The notes beneath the pieces are model-generated. The model ran no database searches. It had not been told where the DNA came from and saw only the letters and a list, made by a program, of their open reading frames with translations. A DNA stretch of 64,000 bases from contig OX597816.1 of the NCBI GenBank assembly GCA_951406725.2, positions 169,756,001-169,820,000 of the forward strand, given 5' to 3'. The position numbers and the translations under genes are program-made. The DNA is from Octopus vulgaris. Its lineage: Eukaryota. Numbering within the stretch: position 1 is the first letter of the stretch; each line of letters begins with the position of its first letter. This document shows, one piece after another, positions 14,299 through 27,714 of this stretch.

Positions 14299-15746
14299 CT
14301 AAAAGGTCGAGCGGAGGTGGCGAACACGTACATCGCGTCCGTCATCTACTACCGCCTGACCGTCGTACCTTGTCCCGACCCTACCATCACCAAACTACAA
14401 CGCATCCTCTTTCGCTTCTTGTGGAAAGGATGCGTCCCGATGGTCAGGCGATCCATTTGCTGTCAACACCCGTTAAAAGGAGGGCTGGGCATGCCGTGGT
14501 TGATGATGCGCAGACACGCGCTGAGACTGCGACATCTCTGGCTCTATGTAGACGACGGTGAACAGGTGTGGTCGCCGTTTGTGAGGCACGCTTTCCCGCA
14601 GCTCGTCTCCATGACCGAACTGCAGTCGTGGATCAAAAAGAGGCCGAGGAAGGGCGAATGGCACCGCGAGTGTCGCGTTGCTCTCAAGCAACTCTGCCGT
14701 CCTGGGTCGACCTTAAGTGACTTCAACACAACCAAAGCATTCTATAGGGGTTTAGTGGAGGGGAGGTACGACGACGAGCTCGGGGCGAACCTGGACGTCG
14801 ACGAGGAGTACCTGACCCGCCTGTTCAGGACGACTTTCGGGCCAGGGCCCATGGACAACTTCCAGAGATCCCTGGCCTGGCAGTGCTACCGAGAAGCGCT
14901 ACCCGTTCGGGATAAGCTCTACAGACACGGCTCGAGAAACACGGGGCCGACCTGCCCGAGATGCGGTCAGAGCGACGAAACCGTTCTGCACGCACTCGTT
15001 CAGTGTCCAACAATTTCCGACTTGTGGGCTTATGTCGAACAACTGCTGTCACGTGTGGGACGAGTCGGTTTATCAGCTGAGTCTATCGTCAATATTGTCA
15101 CGCCTCCTTCCTTCAAACGGGAAGGAAGAGCTATTTTCATCATCCTTGTGGCTATGGCGAAAGAATGTATCTGGTGGACGCGTCTGAAAGGATTGGAGAC
15201 AAACACTTTCCTCTCTGGTCAATCTCTCATCAACTTCTTCAAGTACCACTTGAAAAGGAAAGTAAGAGTAGAGAGGCAAGTTTTGTCTAGCGAATGTTTT
15301 AAAAAAAGATGGGTGAATGTAGCAAGAATGGCACGTATGAATGACGAAGCCACCTTGAGCATAGATCCTATGAACCCAGAAATTGAAAACAGAGAGTTGC
15401 TTATTTGCAAAAAAAAAAAAAAAAAGAAATATAACATGTGACTCATTGACCAAGGTTACCGTGGTCTTTTCCGTAGGCTTTTCTTTCCACGGGTAAACCT
15501 CACCTGTCCTCCCCTTTACACTTCATATTGACATTTCTGTGATAACGATCCCTATTGATCAATTTTTTTTCCTCTCCCCTTTTTTTTTTAACCCCCCTTT
15601 TTTTTGTCCTCTTTCTCTCCTTTTACGATCCCTTTTGATCGAAACTCCCCCTTCCTTTTTTTTTTTTTTTTTTAACCCTTCAAAAGAAAAGCTCTACCTT
15701 GTAATTTGTTCTATCTGTGTGCAGCCCTGTGTGGCTAATAAAGAAA
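14299..15746 (+). mobile_element. 5'-truncated Tx1/L1-clade LINE, copy 2
   Basis: Open frame LKGRAEVANTYIAS..FRFLWKG..KGGLGMP..CPRC..H..C. About 99% identical to copy 1 over the shared coding part, with a 1-bp insertion near the stop. Confidence 0.92.
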
Positions 15747-15910
15747 TCTATCATATCTATCTATCTATCTATCTATCTATCTAAGTGTTTGTGTTTATCC
15801 CCATCGAAACTTAACAATCGGTGTCGGTCCGTTTATCCCCACGAGTAGGGGAATCGATAAATTAGCTTGACCCCCACTCTTATGAGTGAAACAAGTAAAA
15901 GTTAAACGAT

Positions 15911-15941
<31 letters not shown>

Positions 15942-16628
15942 TATATATATTGTGTCCACATACGAGCGTTTTTTTCTCTATTCTTTTTATTTATATTTCT
16001 TATATATTTTTTATATATTTTATTACATATTTATAGAGATATTGGTTTATAGTTTTATTGCTCATATATATTTTTTTACACGTAATTTTTTGTATTCTAC
16101 CTTCCATCCTTCGTTATTCCTGTGCATAAATAGACGTGTATATGAAACCTTTTGTGTGTGCGTGCATGCTAGTATGTGCGTATATAGACGTGTTTTATTC
16201 TTATTGCTTATTTATTGCACTTTTTTTACGCATTTTTCTGTATTTTGCCTTTAGCCCTGTTTATTCTTGTGCCTGTGCGTATATAGTTGTGTGTACGAAC
16301 CTATTTTTGCGCGCGTGTGCGTGTGTGTGCGAGCATGTATGCGGTTATGTACATATTTTTTGGTGAATCTGCGGGTAAGCATGTGTGTATTTCAAGTGAG
16401 GGTGGATGAGTATATACATACAGGCGAATGTACGTGGGTGTTCTGGCACGCATGTGTATGTATGGTCATACGCGCTTACGCGATTACTATGAACATTTTT
16501 ACTCGCTTACCTTTACTCCCTCCCCTTACTTGGCGGTCATTCTAACGGCTCTTTTGTCTTAATAATGGTCAATCATACAGTAATTACCCTTTGTTTTAAT
16601 GGTCGTTTTCATAGCATTTTTTTCGATG

Positions 16629-16698
16629 GCCAGATAAGTGAAAAGATGCCGGCTTGGGTTACCACCCCGACATCCGAAACTCGGAGTTTTATCATGGC
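16629..16698 (+). ncRNA. Type I hammerhead-ribozyme-like fold (degenerate core) in a Penelope-like fragment
   Basis: Stem I GCCAGATAA/TTATCATGGC, core GTGAAAA, stem II GATGCCGG/CCGACATC, GAAA, stem III ACTC-G-GAGT. Confidence 0.55.
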
Positions 16699-16795
16699 TA
16701 CCGAATAATTGTCCCATATTATATTTACAGATATATTCCTCTATTTACATAATATCGAGGTCTCTTTCATTCTTTTGTTGTCTTGCCATGTCTAT

Positions 16796-16858
<63 letters not shown>

Positions 16859-16952
16859 GCGTATATATATATTTATATTATATACATATACACGCACACA
16901 TATATATATATATATGTATGTATATACACACACATATATATACATACATACA

Positions 16953-17021
<69 letters not shown>

Positions 17022-17041
17022 GCGCCTAATGGATACATGCA

Positions 17042-17078
<37 letters not shown>

Positions 17079-17486
17079 TTTCTCGATACACTTAGGAGAT
17101 TTTAAATATAAAATTGCTTCGTAGTTTAAAATTATCAAAAATCATTCAAAATGCAGGGCTGATGGATGATATATCAATCTCTTAACATCTCTTCAAGATT
17201 ATAAGGAACCCTGTGGGAGGATAGCCATAGCGGCTAAGGGTAGTTCAATATGTTTGTGGTTCACAAGAGGCTGCATGTGAAATATTTTGTCGTGGAGGCT
17301 GGTATAAAGAACGCTGCTATGTTAGTAAAGACATAAATGCTATAAGGGGCGAAAACTTTGGTGATCTTTAAATGCTTGTTCATGGTGAGAAGTTCCCAAG
17401 AATGCAAATGACTCTGATACCATTAAAGGAATGGAACTGCAATATCTTTAAAATGTTTCTGTAACGTTTTCTTGGGGTATGATACC

Positions 17487-17546
<60 letters not shown>

Positions 17547-18229
17547 CGAATATCGCAGTTTTCTATGTGATACATTAAACTTCCATTTCATTAAGTATAC
17601 TCGAGGCTCATTTAAAGTTTTCTTTCCTTTACACCACCTCAGATTTTTAAGCCCGAGAAAATATGTATTTGAAACATTCCTATATTTACTAACGTCAAAA
17701 AAAAAAAACAGTTCCTATTTCTTTTCTCTAGCAAAACGATGCTCTTTTCAGAGGGCCTTAGGGGAGGCAGTACTCGAAATATAACACAGTATAAGAGAAG
17801 AAAAAATATTTTGCCTTGCTTCCAGTTTGTGTTGAAGCTCTACTCAACATACTTTTTTAATGTATTTATGTACGTATCATTAGACACACTACACAAACGC
17901 ACACACGCACACACACATATTGTAGTGTATATTATATCACACACACACACACACACATATGTATATATATAGGTGTCTTCTTAAAGTTATGTATCTTTGG
18001 TATTTATTGCACACACACACACGCACACAGAGGCAAACGCATGTACACACACGCACATGCATATATATGCTTGCACACACATACAGATCTACATGCGCAT
18101 TTATCTATCTATCTATCTATCTATGTTTGTTTTTATTTCTTGTACTGCATTTTTTTGTAATTGTATTTTTATTTTGTATTTTATTTTGTAATTTTATTAG
18201 TATCGTTTTTACGTCCTGTTTTTGTCACA

Positions 18230-18500
18230 TTTTTTTCTTTCCTTGTTTTTACCCCTCTGCGAAGGAATTTTATTTAATTCTTTCGCAGGAAGGGCTAGTT
18301 CGACGAGTTGTATTCTGTCCTAACCTTCGAAACACGCATGGAGTCGTACTAGGGACAGCTAATGAAGGGGAATTTTCCTTGTGTTGTTTGTCTTGTACTC
18401 TTTTTTTCGTTGTTAAAAAGGTCCGTTTCCATGTTTGTTTTTACGTTTTCGTTTCTCGTTGAGTTCTACGTCTATTTGTGGTGTCCTGTACTCACGTATA
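18230..18500 (+). repeat. Unclassified repeat homologous to 4420-4765
   Basis: Shared collinear motifs; ends in TA-rich microsatellite. Confidence 0.6.
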
Positions 18501-18589
18501 TATATATTTATATATGCATGTATATATACATGTAGATGTAGGTACGTACATATATGTATGTATATATGCATATATTTAATTTATTACAC

Positions 18590-18636
<47 letters not shown>

Positions 18637-18862
18637 TAGCTTATGACGAAACGATGGTATGCTGTGTCTTCTGATTTTATAATCATCTCATAATAATGAC
18701 TTTAATGACTTTTATTACTACCTCAGTCCATCTGAATGTATATATCTGTCGTTACCTTTCATAAAAAACTTTTTTAGTTACAATGTGCATTTCCGTTGAT
18801 TTTTCATATTTTACCTATATATATATATATACACGTACATACATTTATATACACTTACATAC

Positions 18863-18898
<36 letters not shown>

Positions 18899-19497
18899 GT
18901 ACATACATTTATATATATCTATATATATATATGGCGGTGCCCCAGCATGGCCTCACCTCGTGAGCTGAGACTAGATAAAATAAAATAAAATAAAATAAAA
19001 TAAAAATATATTATATGAATGAATATAAGCATTTATATACATAAGTTTAGGTTTCGTTTAGTACTAACCCTGTCTCTTCATAACATAAAACTAATGACCC
19101 TTGGTGAAGAGAGTCAGATCAAACTTTCGAACTAGCTTCAAAGTCCATGAATGAAGGGTATTATTAGTCAAAAGTTATCAAGATGTTGATGTTTTACTAC
19201 AAATTCTCCAGTTTCGGCTTCATGTTTAGGTTTTTGATAGCTTTTATCTTTTTGACTGACACCAGAATGGTGAAAGAGTATAAAATGTTTGGTGATAGTG
19301 TATTTATGTATGGTGACTTTAATTAAGGCATTTAGTCGGATTCCGGTCTTCGGTAACATTTAAACATTTGATGTTAAAAATATTTGGGTAACACTGACGT
19401 TATGCTAGTAGTGCATCTTTCGCTGAGGCATTGGACTGAATAAAATCTGACTTCTTTCAGCTGTATGTTATATATAAAAGAGTATTACACAAATGCA

Positions 19498-19528
<31 letters not shown>

Positions 19529-19530
19529 CA

Positions 19531-19561
<31 letters not shown>

Positions 19562-19570
19562 TATATAATA

Positions 19571-20110
19571 TTGGGTTGTCCGGAAAGTTCGTGCTGATTT
19601 ATAGTAGCTTAGCTTTCGACTTATTTTAGAACATGGTTGAGTCCATAAAATAGAATTTGACTACACCTCCATTTACAGCACAGTTTATGTTCCTATAATC
19701 TGTGTTAATTCTGTAACTCTTTAAAAATGGAAGATAAGAAAGTTTATTTTCGGCACTTGATGCTTTGGGAACCAGACAAAATTTGCTGCAGCTCAGCTAG
19801 GATGTGTTAGCCCACCCTCCATATTCACCAGATATTGCTTTTTCGGATTTCCACTTATTCAGGTCCCTGCAGAATACTCTTAAGTGTAAAAATTTCAATG
19901 CCTTGGATGACATAAAAAGATACCTTGATGAATTATTTGCTATGAAACCACCTCAATTCTGGGAATAGGGTATTTTCAAGTTAAAGGAAAGATGGAGACA
20001 CATTGTGCAACAAAATGATTCATATTTGATTGATTAAAAATGTAATGGCTAGTATTTATTGACCTTTTTCTTTCCTTTAAAAATCGGCGCGAACTTTCCA
20101 GACAACCCAA
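19571..20110 (+). mobile_element. Internally deleted mariner
   Basis: TIRs TTGGGTTGTCCGGAAAGTTCG / CGAACTTTCCAGACAACCCAA with TA TSD. MEDKKVYFRHLML is joined to HPPYSPDIAFSDFHLFRSLQN..ERWRHIVQQN. Confidence 0.93.
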
Positions 20111-20170
20111 TATATATATATATATGTAACTCTGTTTGTAAATATTTATATAATCATGTATGTATATATA

Positions 20171-20433
20171 CAATTGCAGCGTGGAAGTTGCTGATAAGCC
20201 ATTTAAAGACACTCACACATAAAAAAAAAAACCGTTAGATTCACTTCAACATTTAAATTTAATTTGTGTCAAATATTTTTCGTACCTGCAGCACGAAATT
20301 TCGCCAGTGAACAGGTCGCGGTTTCAAAGCGACGAAAATATTTTGACACAAATTAAATTTAAATGTTGAAGTGAATCTAACGAATTTTTGTATGTTTTTA
20401 AATGGCTTATAAACACCTTCCACGCTGCAGTTG
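20171..20433. repeat. Inverted repeat containing a minimal hammerhead-like motif (Penelope-like terminal repeat)
   Basis: Arms 20171-20283 and 20332-20433. The motif GTGAACA-G-GTCGC..GCGAC-GAA-AATATT-T lies at 20307-20343. Confidence 0.7.
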
Positions 20434-20494
20434 TTATTGTTTCAACACACGATATCAGATCAAGCAGTTTCCTACGCAAGTATATCTCCTTAAT

Positions 20495-20553
<59 letters not shown>

Positions 20554-20554
20554 C

Positions 20555-20961
20555 TTTCTCTCTTTCTCTCCTTTTACTTGTTTCAGTCATTTTGACTGCG
20601 GCCATGCTGGTGAACCGCCTTTAATCGAACAACTCGACCCCGGGACTTATTCTTTGTAAGCCCAGTACTTATTCTATCGTTCTATTTTGCCGAACCGCTA
20701 AGTGACGGGAACATAAACACACCAGCATCGGTTGTCAAGCAATGCTAGGGGGACAAACACAGACACACAAACATACACGCACATGCATATATATACATAT
20801 ATACGACGGGCTTCTTTCAGTTTACGTCTACCAAATCCACTCACAAGGCTTTGGTCGGCCCGAGGCTATACAAGAAGACAGTTGCCCAAGGTGCCACGCA
20901 GTGGGACTGAACCCGGAACCATTTGGATGGAAAACAAGCTACTTACCACACAGCCACTCCT
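20555..20961 (-). mobile_element. SINE A, full length
   Basis: Complete reverse complement of family A head, microsatellite and tail. Confidence 0.9.
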
Positions 20962-21081
20962 TTACTTGAGGACGGAGCACTAGCATGGTTTTCACTATCA
21001 TGACTATAACATTGTTGTATATATATATATATATACATACACATGTGCGTGAATGTACGTGTGTGTTTGTGTGTGTGTGTG

Positions 21082-21120
<39 letters not shown>

Positions 21121-21276
21121 TGTGTGTGTGTGTGTGTGTGTGTATGCCGCCTTCGCTGTTATAGTGATGCATCACTATACCATTGTTTAATAAATGGAAA
21201 TCGACTATACGTTGTTATCGAGGAAGTAAACGGCAATTTCAATGATCTCCGGTTATATATTTCTATACATTTTCAG

Positions 21277-21310
21277 TGACCGCTATAGCCACTACATTAC
21301 ATCACTTTAG
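21277..21310 (+). CDS. Candidate exon 2 completing the signal peptide (..MTAIA|TTLHHF)
   Basis: Acceptor ATTTCTATACATTTTCAG. A phase-1 join to the 8288 exon gives MTAIA with an A-X-A cleavage motif. Donor is either GTTAGG (21311) or GTAATG (21357). Confidence 0.3.
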
Positions 21311-21522
21311 GTTAGGTTGTCGCCAGGACAGAATCCACTTTCTCCACCTATTAAAAGTAATGAGATTATTCGAAATATCTTATTTGTAACATATTCAGTT
21401 ATCTCTTTATTAACGTCATTTCATTGTATTTATGAATTTGAAAGATTTTACTAGAGCTCCATTCCTCCCTATTTCCATGAACTATATATATATATATATG
21501 TATTTATGTACGTATGTATACG

Positions 21523-21589
<67 letters not shown>

Positions 21590-21616
21590 ACGTATGTATA
21601 CGTATATGTATAGATT

Positions 21617-21688
<72 letters not shown>

Positions 21689-21839
21689 CATATATATATA
21701 TGTATACGTACATACATATATGTATGTATTTATATATATATATGCATATATATATGTATGTATGTACGTATATATATATATATATGAGTATTTATATATA
21801 TTTGTATATGTATACGAATGTATAATTATATTTATAAAA

Positions 21840-21922
<83 letters not shown>

Positions 21923-22474
21923 TATATATCTCATTTGTATTGTCCTGCATACGTGCATACACACAACAATGTCGATGTATATGTATTCATATATATATAT
22001 GCATGTGTGTGTGCATGTATATGTTTGTGTATACGTGCCTGGTTGCGTGAGTGTGCGTGTGCCTCTGTTTTATTCACCCATACACATGCACATACCTCTT
22101 ATACGATTTGAATTGGAACTAAATCGTATTCGGCAATCACTATACCTAAGTTGAAGCATCCCCAGTGTGAATAGAGACGTCAGCGACTGATAAATGAATC
22201 GCTAAAAGCAGTGATATCATTGTAAAATGCTTTCTTTGCTTTCAAGTTTATACAGTATTCAAGATATCACCTTAGATCGATCAGGAGCGAAGTTAAGTTT
22301 CGAGTGAGATATTAAATATATGGCCATATATGTCGAGAAAATGAGAAAAATGTATATCTACGGGTGTATACATTATACGTATGTATGTGTATATGCACAC
22401 ATATATATGATATAGATAATATATATTTATGCATCTGTCAATCTATACACACACACAGACAGACAGACAGACAT

Positions 22475-22510
<36 letters not shown>

Positions 22511-22511
22511 G

Positions 22512-22661
22512 AAATGAAATAAAAAACAGAACACAAAGGATGTCGCGGTACACATGTTTCGAGCTTTATAAAACAATACATTGATGTAATAATAAGTTGT
22601 TTTATAAAGCTCGAAACATGTGTACCGCGACATCCTTTGTGTTCTGTTTTTTATTTCATTT
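22512..22661. repeat. Perfect 65-bp inverted repeat with 20-nt loop
   Basis: 22512-22576 is the exact reverse complement of 22597-22661. Confidence 0.95.
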
Positions 22662-22740
22662 GATACATATATCCTCTCACCTCTGCTACTAGCTGGCATA
22701 TACGGGTGCTTACACTTATCAAGTATTCACCCTGGATTTA

Positions 22741-22827
<87 letters not shown>

Positions 22828-22828
<1 letters not shown>

Positions 22829-23200
22829 GGTGCAAAAGTGGCTGTGTGGTAAAAAGCTTGCTTCCCAACCACATGGTTCCAGGTTCTGATTCACTGTGCC
22901 AACTTGGGCAAATGTCTTCTGCTATAGCCATGGGCCGACCAAAGCCTTGTGAGTGGATTTGGTAAACGGAAACTGAAAGAAGCCCGTCGTATATCTATAT
23001 TTGTGTGTCTGTGCTTCTTCCCCACCCCATCGCTTGACAACCTTTGTTAGTCTGTTTACGTCCCCGTAACATAGAGGTTCGGCAAAAGAGACCGATAGAA
23101 TAAGTACTAGGCATACAAAGAATAAATCCTGGAGTCGATTGGTTCGACTAAAGGCAGTGCTCCAGCATGGTTGCAGTCAAATTCCTGAAAGAAATAAAAT
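22828..23200 (+). mobile_element. SINE A, full length
   Basis: Family A head to tail, flanked by TA tracts. Confidence 0.88.
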
Positions 23201-23258
23201 AATATAAGAATATGTCTCTATATGCGTGTGTATTTGTATGTATGTGTGTGTGTGTATG

Positions 23259-23328
<70 letters not shown>

Positions 23329-23380
23329 TATATATATATAGTTGTATATATATATATATATATATATAGGTGTATATATA

Positions 23381-23769
23381 TTTCTTTATTGTCCATAGGG
23401 GGCTAAACGTAGAGGAGACGAACATGGACAGACCTCGGCTGAATTTGATCTCAGAACATAAAGACAGATGAAATACATGTTTCTTTACTACCCACAAGGG
23501 ACTAGACACAGAGAGGACAAATAAGGACAGGCAAACGGAATAAATCGAATATATCGACCCCAGTGCGTAACTGGTACTAAATTTATCGACCCCGAAAGGA
23601 TGAAAGGCAAAGTCGACCCCAGTGCGTAACTGGTACTAAATTTATCGACCCCGAAAAGATGAAAGGCAAAGTCGACATCGGCAGAATTTGAACTCAGAAC
23701 GTAACGGCAGACGAAATACCGCTAAGCATTTCGCCCGGCGTGCTAGCGTTTCTGCCAGCTCGCCGCCTT
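23381..23769 (-). mobile_element. SINE B with internal 61-bp duplication and doubled Tx1-like tail
   Basis: Nin domain duplicated at about 23553-23676. Ends ..CAATAAAGAAAT next to (TA)n. Confidence 0.8.
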
Positions 23770-23774
23770 GAAGA

Positions 23775-24422
23775 GTATTTTTCTGTCGAATGACAGATTT
23801 TCGAAATGAAATACTTCCGACGGATTTCATTATAGAGTGTCCTAGCTACAACGTCATGTCTCATCGGTAGATAATACCGTGATGACATTTTCGGAAAATC
23901 ACTTATGATGTGGGTGATTTCTTCAGTGTGAACTCCACAAAGTCTGCATCGGTTGCCACTCTTTACGACTTTACCTGCATGTCTATGCCTTTTGTATATC
24001 AGGTACTTGGTTGATATTTCCTATTCCTGGATTGCAAGCGCATATCCTTTAAAGTGGGGGGTAGTAATCCGGCTATTGGTCCATGATACACTGCTTTGAT
24101 GATCGATGTTACTCTCATCACGGATATTTCTAGTAACATATCCATGTATAGTCTTCTGCTCATATAAGCTCATCCTTTCATCTGAGGATACGTTGCGGTA
24201 GAGTCGTGCGACTTCCTTAGGCATGTATTCTAGGTTATCAGACAAAGAGTGTTGCTCAACAAGCTGCCTTCCAAGTCTTATGATGTTATAAGCCACATGT
24301 ATGCAAACTTTGTCAAGAGAAGCACTTCGAGACTTGGTGGTTAAAATATGCTGCCGAAGGGATATGATGCGACATTCAAAGGCTATACAAATTGAAACTA
24401 TTATATTACTAAATGCCTTCAA
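23775..24422 (-). mobile_element. R4/Dong-like RLE LINE fragment (degraded)
   Basis: HFKGYALAIQE*EISTKY..CRLCGVHTEEITHIIS..RHDVVAR (CCHC and RHD motifs). Confidence 0.8.
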
Positions 24423-24846
24423 GGTTGTGACCTGGCAGAAACACTAGCAAGCAGGGAAAAATGTTTCGCGTCATATTGTTCATCTTTACGGTCTCAGTTC
24501 AAATTCCGCCGCGGTAGATTTTGCATTTTATCCTTTTGGGTTCGATAAAATGTACCAGTGAAACACTGGGGTCGATGCAATCGACTTACTCCTCTCTTAA
24601 AATTGCTGGCCTAGCGCCAAAATTTGAAACTGCTATTACTGAATGAGGTGGCAGAATTGTTAACGCGCTGGACAAAATGCTTAGCGGCATTTCTTTCTAC
24701 TTGACGTTCTGACTCCAAATTCTACCAAGGTCATTCTTTCGGGATCAATATAATAAGTTCCAGATGAGCACTAGAATCAATGTAATCGACTCTCACCCTC
24801 CTACAAAATTTCAGGTGTTGTGTCTAAATTGGAAAGGATTATTATT
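24421..24846 (+). mobile_element. Two degenerate SINE B copies
   Basis: Head and Nin-domain remnants at about 24421-24640 and 24645-24846. Confidence 0.7.
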
Positions 24847-25139
24847 CAATATTTTCGATTTCATACTGATTATGACTAATAGCGATCAGTCATACACTTT
24901 CGCATATTGTGCAGTGATCACGAATAAGATATTGAATGGAATAAAAGCAATGACGTTTTTTTTCCTTCAGGAGAAAATAAAATTAGAAAAAAAATTATAA
25001 ACTTATTTATCAATATAATCACAGTATATACTTCCGTAAACATATCTCTTCAAATTTTCAAATAAAAATATACAATAATATAAAACTATGAGGAAGTTTG
25101 GGAGAGAGACCGAACTGTTATAATATCTACATAATATAA

Positions 25140-25377
25140 CTAGGAAAGCCATTTCTCACGTAGTGAGCAAAATGGCGGAAAAAAAGATGACAAGAAAGAT
25201 ACGTTGTAGACCGTGGTGGTTCTTGGTATAAGCTGCATCAATTTACACAAGCCAATCTCAAAATTAAATGTCGCTCTAAAAATTTCAAATAAATCCTATG
25301 GTTTGAATTGGAACTCAGAGCAAAGGCCAATATAAATAATCCAATTTTCTATTATTATTTTTGATAGAATCTATAGA
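25140..25377 (-). mobile_element. Short non-autonomous Helitron
   Basis: Minus strand reads A|TCTATAG.. at the 5' end, then subterminal hairpin GCCATTTTGCTCAC-TAC-GTGAGAAATGGC and TTTCCTAG|T. The 5' end is less certain. Confidence 0.6.
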
Positions 25378-25541
25378 TAATGCAAACCATACACCTTAAC
25401 AATTACTTTAATTACATCACCTTTAGTTAAACCGAAAATAATTTATTCCTTGCTTCAATCATGAACAGACAAGCGCAGCCAGATGCAAAACTCAAACACA
25501 GATAAATATACACACACACATATGCATATATGTATGTAGGT

Positions 25542-25588
<47 letters not shown>

Positions 25589-25625
25589 TACATATATGTA
25601 TACATACATACATATATATATATAC

Positions 25626-25668
<43 letters not shown>

Positions 25669-25671
<3 letters not shown>

Positions 25672-25800
25672 TGTGTCTGGGGAGAGTCATTCTCTTTTAG
25701 TGCCTTATCATTTAACACACTCACCAGTAAAATTTCCCCTTATTTCTTATTTTTATTTTCTAAAATTTTCGTTGCGTCTTGCTACCTTTTCAATAGTCTT
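25669..25800 (-). mobile_element. Penelope-like terminal fragment with U3:A8 hammerhead-like motif (25760-25796)
   Basis: Minus strand CTA-TTGAAAA-G-GTAGC-aagac-GCAAC-GAA-AATT-T-TAG; ends at (TA)n. Confidence 0.5.
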
Positions 25801-26538
25801 GACTTTTGTTTGTTTGTGCGCATGTGTGTGGGTCAGTCTGTGTGTGTGGGTCAGTGTGTGTGTGTGGGTCAGTGTGTGTGTGTGCCTATACATGCATACA
25901 TTTACGTATGTATGTGTGTGTGTTTGCATGTGTATGTATGTATATATTCGTGTGTATGCATATGTATGTATGTATGTGTGTGCATCTGTATGTACGTATC
26001 CTGCATATTTATGTGCTCGCCTCTCCGTGTTTGTGCATTTTCTATGTATGTGTGTGTGAACATGTGTCTGTATATGCATGCACCTCTGTCTCCGTGTGTG
26101 TGCATATCTGTGTGTGTGTGTGTGTTATGTAACTATGTACCATGTTTGTATATATGGATGTGCATCTTTATATGTGTAGATCCGTGTCTCCATATGTGTC
26201 TGTTCTTGTAACCTATGTACCTATCCGTCTGTATGTTGATCTGTTTATTTACATATCTAAATGCTTACATACAGAAAAAAATATTAAAAACAAAACAAAA
26301 TAAAACAAAAAATAATGATTTTAAAAAATGGCATACACACCCACTCACACCCTCATACAAACATCCTCCATCCAATTGCGCTCAAATTTGATATGTAGAT
26401 GCCAACGGTATCAGGGCGTCTTGAAAAATTACAAAAATCGATTCCAGGTGATCGATAAAGCCGTGGGAAAGTGCATTTGTACGTGCAAGTACATCAGCTG
26501 TTGCGATCAATACTAAGCATACGCGAGAAAAATGCACG

Positions 26539-27480
26539 GAACCCCCACAACTTTGCAATGGCACTCGGTTGGTTCTTACCCAACTTTTGGATGACGTTCT
26601 CGAGGCAAAAGTTATCACGAGTAAAGAAGGGGATGTTATTTTTATTTCCCGCATGCCATTGATTCCATCGGACTGTGTTCACCCGATGAAACGCGTTCAA
26701 TTCCCTATTCGCCTGAGCTTCGCGATGACCATCAACAAAGCACAGGGGCAGTCATTGAAAGTCGTGGGGTCGGACCTCAGCACTCCCTGCTTTTCGTACG
26801 GACAACTGTATGTGGGCTGTTCGACAAACCTTTTCTACTACGGTTCAGACGGAGTAACAAGGAATGTGGTTTACAAGGCTACTCTCCACTAGCTTTTCCA
26901 TGCCCTTGAAATCCCGTAAAGTAAGTTAGCTTAAAATTAGTTACTTAGGTTGTTGCTTTTCATCAAAAATCACCCCAAGTTGATTTCCTACATGTTTTAT
27001 CGGATAAACTTATTATTGTCCCAGGTACGTTCTCATGAATTCATCATGCTTTTCCATCTAGATTTACCTCCAGCTAACCCATTTGCACGCATCATTTTTG
27101 TCCTACTTTTCTTCCGTCAATCTGTACATAACTGCACCTTCCATTTTTTGTTGTTTTTGTACTACTTAAAGTCACGTTTGTTTCCTGCCAAGCTTACTGT
27201 TTAAACCATATTTGTGTTCTTCCAGTCAACAACCTTATCATTACCGGTACTTTAAACTCTTCGGTTGCATATTTGTGTGAATAAAATCGTTTTTCTTTGG
27301 AATAGAAAACAAGTCTATCTTTATTTCTTCTTTTGCTGGTGTCTCACATTTAGGTTAAATCAGTGTTTCTCAAAGGGGAGGCCTATGGGACAGTCGGACA
27401 AGTTGTTTCACGAAAATGTGGTTTAAATGTTTGACAACGCAGCACCGTCCTTTGGGCGGGGGTGGGGGGGCTTTTGCTCG
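26539..27480 (+). mobile_element. Helitron 3' part with Pif1-type helicase C-terminal fragment (stop at 26892)
   Basis: PPQLCNGTRL..RVQFPIRLSFAMTINKAQGQSL..GQLYVGCS..NVVYK. Probable 3' hairpin CCGTCC-TTT-GGGCGG and degenerate CTCG|T end at 27480. Confidence 0.85.
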
Positions 27481-27663
27481 TGGAAATATATTAAACCATT
27501 CACAACAGTAAGAAATTCTCTGACTTAGATGTTTCTTCGCAGTAAATATATGAGTTTAGTTATAGTAATTCACACATACAATGTGTTATAGTCCTATGTA
27601 ACATATATACTCGTACATACATGCATGGATATGTGTCCATATATACTTAGATTGATATGTACT

Positions 27664-27714
<51 letters not shown>

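Noticed and set aside
14317-15441. 374-aa ORF as a host gene
   Set aside because: It is a 5'-truncated Tx1 ORF2 with no true start; the GTG is internal.
22255-22291. Possible third exon (SIQDITLDRSGA)
   Set aside because: The splice signals are weak and expected by chance in AT-rich DNA.
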